A DNA stretch of 64,000 nucleotides from Camelus dromedarius (taxonomy: Eukaryota). The translations under genes were made by a program, and so were the position numbers. Location: positions 117,616,001 to 117,680,000 of the forward strand of contig NC_087437.1 of NCBI RefSeq assembly GCF_036321535.1. The letters run 5' to 3'. Shown here one piece after another: positions 54,732 to 64,000 of this stretch. The notes below the pieces were generated by a model. It ran no database searches. It was given only the letters and a program-made list of their open reading frames with translations, and was not told where the DNA came from. How positions within the stretch are numbered: the first letter of the stretch is position 1; every line of letters starts with the position of its first letter.

Positions 54732-55179
54732 TGAAGGGGTTGAACTGTGTCCCCCAAATGAGATGCGCACATCCTATCCCCAGTACCTCAGACTGTCATC
54801 TCGCTTGCAAATAGGGTCATTGCAGATGTAATTAGTTCAGATGAGGTCAGACTGGGGTCAGGTGGGTCCTGGAGCGAGCACGCCTGGTGTCCTCACAAGA
54901 CAAGGAGATAGACCAGGGAGGAGGGAGCCGTGGGGTGATGGAGGCAGAGGCTGGAGTGCGGCAGCTGCAGGCCGATGCACCTGCAAGACTGCGGGCCACT
55001 GCCGCAGACTAGGAAGAGGCAGAGATGGGCCCGCCCCTGCAGGTTTCGGAGGGGGCATGGCCCTGTTGACACCTTGACTTTGGACTTCTGGCTAGCAGAA
55101 CTGTGCAAAAACAAATTTCTGTTCTTTTAAGCCACCCAGTTTGTAGGATTTTGCTATAGCAGCTACAGGAAAGTAAGCA
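54732..55179 (+). mobile_element. MLT1B/C-like solo LTR
   Basis: ggttgaactgtgtccccca...aatagggtcattgcagatgtaattag...ttgactttggacttctggc...tttctgttcttttaagccacccagtttgt...ctacaggaaagtaagca. Confidence 0.88.
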
Positions 55180-58100
55180 GATGTCTCCTGAATGTATTGT
55201 CTTGTATTTACTCATTGCCTTTTATTCAGCAATTAAACTGCAAGTTCCTGGAGCAGGAGGAAGAGAGATCTCTAATCTCTCTGCATATGGTAGCATCTCT
55301 TCAATGGACTTGTCCGAACCTGGACAAAGACTTGGGTTATTCAGTGTGGGGAGCAAAGGGTTAATGCGTCTCTGGCTCTCACAGGTCCACCATCTTCAGA
55401 AACACACAGGTTTCTGGAAACAGAGGCGGGAGCCAGATGGGTTTCACGGTCTCTAAACCTGGAACCAGAGACAACAGGTCAATGGCGTGGATTGGGTTCT
55501 TAGCTCAACTCCTTGCTGAGCTAAGAAAAAAGATGTTCCAACAGCACAGAATGTTGGACACTGGAGTGGACGATCTTGCCTTTTCTGGAACTCTGTAGAG
55601 AAGGGGAGAGGCTCAGTTACCTGGAATGATTTTTCTGGGGATCCAGCCCAAAGGCCACATAAGGTCCTAGATACTTCTCTTCCACTTTGGAATTTGCTGC
55701 TTTTCAAAGAGGAATTTTATGCAACAATATTTCAGTATGATTGGGCCACTTCTGAACACAGCAGCCTCTACTGACTGCTTACTAATAATTGGATTTCAAA
55801 AGAACAAAATCAAGAGGGCCGGCCCATAGCCTTATTACCCGGACTCAATTATGTGTGTTTATGAGCCTGAAAGTCTCTCCGGGGACGGGGGCAAGGGTTA
55901 CATCCTTGGATCATCCCGCAGAGCCTGCTGCAACCCCCAGCACAGAGCCCCCTGGATGAACAGCTCAGGGTCACTCACAGATGAGGCAATGGAAGCTCAG
56001 AGAGGAGAAATGACACAGCTGTTAAGTGATAAAAATGGAGCTCAGGACTCCACCTGTCGGTTCAGAGATTACCCATTACTTGGCTGTAAGCATCCTCACG
56101 CCTGACATCTAAGTGTCCTAGTACAGGGTCTGCAGACCCTCACTCGTTTATAATTCCATGTTGGGTCATGGGAGGTAGACGCTTGAACATCATGGAGCGA
56201 CTTTCTTTTTAAATGGAGGATTTTCCTTTTTGCAAGTTTCTAGTTATTGGACTTTGAACCTAATCCATCATTCGACAATCCTGGAGAGAGGCATTCACAT
56301 GGCAGCCAAATCAATATATTTTAAGATTTCCTGGTTCATCAAAATGCACCGCCTTGGTGCATAATTCTCCGGGGCATTGATTTTTAAGACATATTTCATC
56401 CGTTACTTGCAAAATTCCACGGAAGACTTTATTGGAAGACTTTTTTTTTGCCTTGATTAGAATGTAAATGAGTTATGCTAGAACGCCAAGCTCTCTGGAC
56501 AGCAAGGTATGAATGATAATTGGGTTTCTCTGCTGAAATGCTGAGAGAGAGAGATCCTCAAAGAGACAGAAAAACATTCGCCTGGGTGGAGGCTAAGTGC
56601 CCTCCAGGCGCTGCCGCCCGGTAAGTGGAGCTTAAACAGGGGAGCTTGTTATTTACATGCTAATGAATCTTTTCCAGAAAACCACCCAGTCCCTTACATA
56701 AGTTTTCAGGGTTCTCATTTTTATTCTTCTTTAAGTTTCTTATAACTACAGCTGTGAATCAGGTTTGCTCCCGGTGTGGATGCTTGTGAAAGAGGGGGTC
56801 AGACTGATAGTCCCACTTCAGGGACACAATTTCCTCAAACTCGCCAAACCCTCAGGACTGCGTCCCTCCTGCCCCGCTCGCCCACCAGTGGTGGGGCCGC
56901 GGCTTTCACGCGGACGGCCCTGTCCCGCCGAGATCACCCTGTTTGGAAAGTTTCATGATCAAGTTGCAAGTTTCAGCCTCTACTCAGGCCAGAAACCTTC
57001 TCATTAATTTTGTTCATGACCCCTGTTTTTCCTCGATGAGGACAGTTTTACCAGCAGCCTGATAACGCTGGGAAAGGAGGCCACGGTATTACCTGCTGTT
57101 CGTTCTGCTCTAAGCAAGCATCGTAGGCGCAAAGCTGTCTCAGTGGGTAGAATATTTGAGGAGTTGACACATTTGTTTTTTTAATAATCAGATTTTTTGG
57201 AGCTGTTTTGTACCTGAACTGAACTTTTCTGGGACAGCAGCTCAAATAAAACTGTTACTTGGACGGCATCGGCAGCCTCCTTTTTGGACCTTACAGGTAA
57301 ATCCATTAACCAAATAAATGCTGGGGTTTACTGCCCCCGGGGGGAAAGTATTATTTGGGTCCCCAACATTCTAATATAAATAAAATTTAGTGATGAGGCA
57401 TCATGCTTGCTAAACAGCCAACGAACAGAGGGTGAGTGATATAAATAACTCTTGGCCTTTCAGCCCTGGGTCTGAACCTGAATGAAGCTTCTGCTCATTG
57501 AATCAAATTATTTTAATTATCCTGAACTTGGGATAAGAGAGGATTTTGTGGATAATAGGGTTATAAAACATGCCACGTGTACTGTGACGATGGTATTAAT
57601 CTGCTTTCAGTCTCTGCTGTTGCTTTTCATGTCTTACAGACGCCGAGCCCTCAGATTTGCGTGATGAATTACCAGTTGTCTCGCAGAGAAGATGAAGCCG
57701 GCAGGCCTGAACATTCCTATTATTTAATGAGCAAATATTCATCAAGGGCTTATTGTACACCAGACTGTCTTCACCCCATCAGGTATTTTCCTGCAGTATG
57801 TCTGGTACCATCTGAGGGGACAGAATATGCATTGTTTTAAAAGTTTCAACAAAAAAGATTTAATCCATGTCGTCAGCTTTCCTTATTTAATATGTATGTA
57901 AAGTCTATTATGTCCCTAGATGTCCTTTAAGAAGCGTCAGCTCCGTTTAGGGGCAGCTTGGAGGGGCTGAGAGCAGGGCCTGGGAGCGAGCTGAGTTTGA
58001 TTCGGTTTCACTGCTCGCTGGCTGTGACCTCATCGATGTGCCCACTTCCTTCATCTCTGAGACTGGGGTGAGGACATCACCCACCACCAGTGCTGCTGGG

Positions 58101-58797
58101 AGGCAGACATGGGTGAGGCTGGCGGGCTGGGGCCTGCAGGTGTGGGGGGCACAGTCAGTCTGGGGCTTCGCCCAGGATTCCTGAGTGACAAGCACTTGAC
58201 AAGGGATGGGACACGTCCTGTTTAATGGGAAGATGGTGACGGGAGATTTGGTAGGTTGATCAGGAAGGCCAGAAACTCAACTTGGAGAGTTAGACAGAAA
58301 GATACCCATTAAAGCCCACAAAACTAGATACTAAGGGACACCTGCGATGCAGAAAGGTCTTAACTAGGCGAGCTGGGGAGGATGGAAGCCATGTCCTGCT
58401 CACTCTCCAGTCCAGCCCTGTGTAAACCAGGGGTGCTTGGTAAATGCTCTTTGCACGAATGTACGAATGATGAGTGAATGGATGACTTCCAGGGAAATAT
58501 GACAAAACAAGCCTGGGTCAAATCTAATACTGACCGCTTCACATGTCTTGTACTCTTGCATAATTTGTGAGTAAAAAAGTGGATTCAGTTTCTCCAAAGC
58601 AATGATATCACTGATAAGTTTCTGCAAAGTGTCCTGGGAGGAGCTGAGTACATATGAAAAGAGACACGTCTAACTGGGTAAGGAGATACAGACACCCAGG
58701 CGGTCAGACGTCTCAGGAAACAGAGAGCAAAGGGGGAAGAAAGGGATTGCCCAACTCCTATTGAAAATTCTAAATATCCTTTCTCTTCCATTCCCTT

Positions 58798-59327
58798 TGA
58801 GACAGGAGGGAAGGGGGCAGGGAAAAACCTTTAAAAGAATGACACAGCCGTTGAGGATACGACCAAAACCAGATAGAACCTACTGGGCCCAAGACGGCGG
58901 AAGATTCTACTTCCAGTGGACCTCGAGCTCATTGTAATAATTAGCTGCTAAACGACACTCCTCCAGGCACCCTGACAGCTCCTGGGCGGACCGACGAAAG
59001 GCCAAAAAGTGGGCAGGGCCCCACTCCCGGAAACCCTTGCCCCTTCCCCAAAACAGCTGGAATAGTCCCCCACCTGTTAGCCTATGACATCCCCCAGAGC
59101 ATGGAAACTAGGCACCCTGCCCCCGGGACTGCCCTCCCTTCTGAGACGGACCACATTCTGCCCACGGAGTGTGCATTTCTCTAATAAACTTGGCCTTCAC
59201 TTTACTGTGGCTCGCTCTCGAATTCTTTCCTGCTCAAAGCCAAGGACCCCCTGGTCAGGGCACATCCCAGGGACACGCCTGAGACCTGGGACATGGCTAT
59301 CCTCTCACGCCTCGTTTTCCTGTAACA
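58798..59327 (+). mobile_element. MER41-like ERV1 solo LTR (530 bp)
   Basis: TG...CA termini (tgagac...tgtaaca) with near-TSD cctt/tctt. MER41-type blocks ccaagacggcgg, taataattagc and aataaacttggccttcactttact...gaattctttcctg...ccaaggaccc. Confidence 0.75.
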
Positions 59328-61320
59328 TCTTACTCTTACTTCAGAAGCTGAAGTCAGGCAGTACTTAAATGTATTCACTGAATGTCCACTGTGTGTTGGA
59401 CCCTGTGGCAGGAGCTGGGGACACTGGCGTGAGTAGAACCCCAGCTTCCGAGTGCGCCCTAACCCACAGGAGGGACGAGAAGTGGCTAGAGCCAAGGACA
59501 CAGCCGAGGCGGGAGCTCCCACAGGCTGAAGGAGAGGAGCAGCACATCACTGTTACTTCTCCCATCCTCGTGCTTAGAATTTTTGCAACTCTTTGGCAAA
59601 GTAATGAAATGCTTAGAAACGTAACTTCTACGATGCAATCATTCCAGTGTGCAAACAACATATTTTAAGTGTTCTCCTTAAAAATAAAAAATTTTAATAA
59701 TAAAAAGTTAATTTATTAGCCCTGGTTTGGAGCCCAAGTGTCTGTACTTTGAAAAGCTTCCCGGGTTGTTCTGATGTACTGTTGGCACCGAGAACCACCA
59801 GTATATACAGAGGAAAATACAAGACCAGAGGGAAAAAACTCCTACAATAACCACATATTACAACAGAAGAATGTCTCCTGTAGCTGAGGAAACAGACCAT
59901 GCACGGATCTCTGCAAATGCGCCAGATCGCAGTGAGAGGGACCTGTTCCAGGGGACAGAGGTGACACCGGGGCAACACCTGGGCACAGGTGACAAGCTCT
60001 GGGGCACCAGAAGCAAGCAGCGGACTGGGCTTCCGAAAGCGCAAGGCTTCAGCCTCCGGGATAACCTGCTGGGGGCGAGACACGCACCGTTTCTGCTTCA
60101 AAAAACGCAGTGCTCTTAGACCCGCACAATGCGGTTTTCAAGGAATTGCTGATGAACAAATGATCCCAGAGATCTTTTCCTAATGGAGAAAGTTCTGCAG
60201 ATGCTAAATGAATAACTCTATTTTTTTTTGGAACTAGAGACTGAAGCTCAAATTTGAGTAGATTCGCCTTGTGTTTGTAAACATTATTTCAGTTCATCAC
60301 AAATGAAAGCAGCACCATTCTACAGGCTGTAGCTGTTTCCATGGGATGTGACCGTCGCAAACCCCGGGCGAGCGCCCCAACCTGCTCAGATGGAATGGAA
60401 ACGTGTCACTTCTGCCTGCAAGGTCCAGGGCGAGGTCCTACCAGCCCAGGGCGGCCGGGTCTCTGGCCCATCCTCACCCCCTTCCCCCTCGATCCCTGCA
60501 CTCTCATCCCACTTCTGTCCCCAAAATGCCTTAGGTCTCCCTCCCAATCCTTCTGCCTGGCAGGCCGGATCCCGCTGGTGACGCAGGCCGTGGCTCACAC
60601 CTTCTCCGCCGTGCAGGTCTTCCCGGAGCCTCAGAATGAAGCAGCACCGCCCACGGTCCCCCCGCCCCGCGGACTCTCCGTCACATCAGTCTGTTCTATT
60701 TTTCCCTAGTACAAACTGATAACCGATAAATGCTTCCGTTTCTTATTTAAGGTTTGGCTTCCTCCACTGAGATGCAGTGAATGTCTCTCTGCGCCTTGTG
60801 AGGTACCCCCATCGACTGAGCACCGGAGCCACATGGAAAGTCATTCCTTAATAAACACTTCTGAGTTTGAATGAAGGAATTCTTAACGTGCCCCAAGCAC
60901 GCTCACACCCCTGGAGCCATGAGAGAGACACCTCCATGCCCCTTCCGTCGGCCTCGGGCCTGCCACACACCTCCCCCTGGCTGGACTTCTGCCTGTGGCT
61001 CGGACGCCGGTCTCTGCGGGTTTTCTGAACGGCCGTCACGTCAGCCTTCCCTCTGCTCTGGGGCCGACGGCGCGGCCAGAAGGCTCCCCGGGCTGGGGCG
61101 TCGCGGCCCCTCTCTGGCCTTCACTACTTATGACCAGCCTCTGTGCGTTTCTCCGCTCACTCAGCGTGGACAGGGATGTGGAAAGGCACTTCCTTTCACC
61201 TGGCGGGAAGGACTGATGTGACGGGAGCCCGGCAAGCTGGAGGGCTTCCATGTGGCAGCCCTGAAGGGGAGCAGACACGGTTCCTGGGGTTCTGTGTGAC
61301 ACACGTCTAACCCCTGGGGA

Positions 61321-61505
61321 AGTGTTTCTCAGCGAGGGGTCCAGGCCACCAGCACAGAATCACCCAGGGTGGCTGTTACAGTGCAGATTCCCGGCACCCA
61401 CTCTAGACCAAGAGGATCAGACTCTCTAGGGGTGGAGGCCTGGAATGAGTGTTTTAAACACGCACCGGGGTAATTCCGCTGCACACAGAAGACTGGGAGC
61501 CAGCT
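61321..61505 (+). mobile_element. MER5A-like hAT-Charlie MITE
   Basis: agtgtttctca...cagaatcacccaggg...tgcagattcccggcaccca...atcagactctctaggggtggaggcctggaat...ttttaaac. Confidence 0.75.
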
Positions 61506-62409
61506 ACCTGGCGCATCTGTCCTTTTTTCTCTGCCTCTTTTTTCTTCTCCTGCTAATGTCTCCATTAACTTCCGCTCTGACTGGGACAAAGGAAGGCCGA
61601 GGTCAACGATCCATCCATCCATCCAAGTCCCCTGGGGTCTCGAATCTTTCCCTGGCTTTACGGCAGTAAGTGGCTCAGAAACCCAGCAGCACAGCGTCCT
61701 GAAGCAGCCAGAAGCAGCCCAGGCAGCTCGGGATGGAAAAGACAGCTGCCGGAGAATGCCAGGGACCTCGGAGCAGTGTTTAAGAGCAAGGCTCTCGGTC
61801 CTACATGCCTCTTCGCAAGCAAATCCTCACTGACACCACATTTATGTCTTCAGAATGGACTCATGTCACCAAAGAAGGGAGGAGGTGAGGTTACACAGAG
61901 GGGAGGACTGAGAGACGCCTTTAGAGAGTTCTTGAAAACAGTTTTCAAGTGAATTTCAGTGACTGCAGAACTGTTTTTCTACAGAGCGTGGTGGTATTCA
62001 GGAACCAACCCATTTGTTGCATAAACCTCAGTGCACTTTACAAACGCTTCCTAAGTCAGACATTGTAAAGAACAGCCGTCAATGGTATAATATTTACTTT
62101 TCTAATTATAGTGCTCTAAGAATGTAAGTTTTTGCAAAGAGAGTGATTAATGATTTAAAAGCTAGACATCAAAGCTTCCCAAAAGATAATCATCGGGACC
62201 TAAATTTCTCGGTCTTTAAGGAGATTTAGGAACAATTTCAATGATGAAGGAACAAGAATCTAATTAATAACTCTAGATACGTATTAGGGGATTTAATTTC
62301 ATGGCAGTAATTAATTTCCATATAACATGGATGCAAATATTAATAACTAAACCAAACATAATCCCAGATTAGCCAGAAGTGTATTTTTCTCAAACAATGG
62401 TTCTGGAGA

Positions 62410-62650
62410 AAAAGCATGAGCTTGGAGGACAGACAGACCTGCAGCTGAATCCTGGTTTTACGATGTAGTATGTGTACAGCTTTGGGCTGGTTCCCTAACC
62501 TCTGTGAGATTCAGTTCTCCCATCCATAAAACAGGGGCTCTAATATCCACTGTGCAAGCAGGTGGCTTGCGGGGCTGTTGCAAAGGTAACAGACATGACC
62601 TCACCCTTCTGTCCCAGTCCTGGCACAGAGCAGATACCCACTAACGCTAA
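62410..62650 (+). mobile_element. MIR fragment
   Basis: cttggaggacagacagacctg...tgaatcctggt...cctaacctctgtgagattcagttctcccatccataaaacaggg. Confidence 0.7.
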
Positions 62651-62938
62651 CTCTTCTCCCGTGCAGTCTAAATAAAAACAAGTAACAACTTGACCTGAAA
62701 TTGCTAACACTTTCAGAATAAACCAATGCCAAGAGTTACTGGCTTCAACTGACACAATTTTACTAATAGCTAAAATCAGACAGTAAGAGCTCAACGTCCC
62801 AGCCAACGACGTTACCATCCCTATTCGTTTCTTAGGCGCAGGGCTGAGAAGCTCCCCCGCCTTGTACTGGACAGGCACGCAGCGTTAACGCACGCTCAGC
62901 ACGGACAACACTCACACAGGTTAACTGATGCTTGACTA

Positions 62939-63211
<273 letters not shown>

Positions 63212-64000
63212 TCAAGCGCTGTATTAGAATTACTCGGGAATGCTAAAATAGACGATCACCCTCAGGGCTTGGCTTTGGAGCATGAATGAAAGAGAACGAC
63301 TACAGCAGGGTCCCTCCTCTCTCCTGGGACTCGGTTTCTCCTCATCAAGCAAACATTGACTTGGGGAGCCTGCTGGGCGGCTGTCCATTTAAAAGAGTTT
63401 GGGATTTATGTGTTTGTCAAGAGCTCTACTGAGACATCAACTGCCACGTCACCACCACCCGGGGACGGGACTGCCATTTAAAATAAGCTCTGTTTGCAGT
63501 CCTAGAAAAACTACACGGCGGTGGTCTATCCCGGGGTCACCTCTCATTCTGACCCTGGCAGGTGTCTGAGACGGGAGGTGGGGGAGGAGCAGACAGACCT
63601 GTCTTCAGGGTGTCTTGATTCCTGGACTGAAATGGCTCTGCAGTGTGTTACTTTTCTCCCCTCGTCTCCTGAGCTTTAACGACGCTAGAACACCCTTTAA
63701 CAGACTTCTCAAAATGACTCCCTTGTCAGATTCCCCAGGTCCCATCAGCATAGGCACTTGAAGGTAGGGAGCTGGAGCCTGGGTGCAGGTGATGTGGAGG
63801 ACTTTGGTGCTTGGAGAAGGAGTGGTTGGTTGGGCTTTGTGTCACTATTGGATCGTCTCAAGATTTTCCTTACTTTGTTATGATACTTTTCACACTTCCT
63901 TAGGAGCTTTTTGACTCCAAGGGAAAGTGGGTTAGAATGTACAAATTTTTCATACATTTTCAGGCACTGCAGCCTGGGATGATGCTCTTGTGAGTTTACC

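Overview
Mammalian genomic DNA, most likely from a camelid: a Vic-1-like tRNA-Ala-derived SINE is present and the L1 3' ends are of cetartiodactyl type. The only protein-coding gene I can support is the 3' end of DSCAM on the minus strand. Its last four coding exons (62944-63093, 54160-54357, 52527-52829, 37547-37899) splice through canonical AG/GT sites into the cytoplasmic tail, which ends ...[12 protein letters not shown] 3' UTR of about 0.6-2 kb follows, with several candidate poly(A) signals and CPE, Pumilio, RBFOX and miR-19 motifs. Bases 1 to ~35400 are intergenic sequence downstream of DSCAM, dense in old repeats (MaLR/MLT1, MER21, MIR, L2, hAT MITEs). Across the window there are also younger insertions: a 5'-truncated L1, a 5'-inverted L1, and three ERV1-class solo LTRs, one of them MER41-like. 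The intergenic part also holds an orphan CpG-island-like segment at ~21.8-22.4 kb. I found no evidence of a novel multi-gene system; the findings are regulatory or evolutionary hypotheses. Repeat family names were assigned by eye from remembered consensus sequences, and their boundaries are approximate unless TSDs are given.
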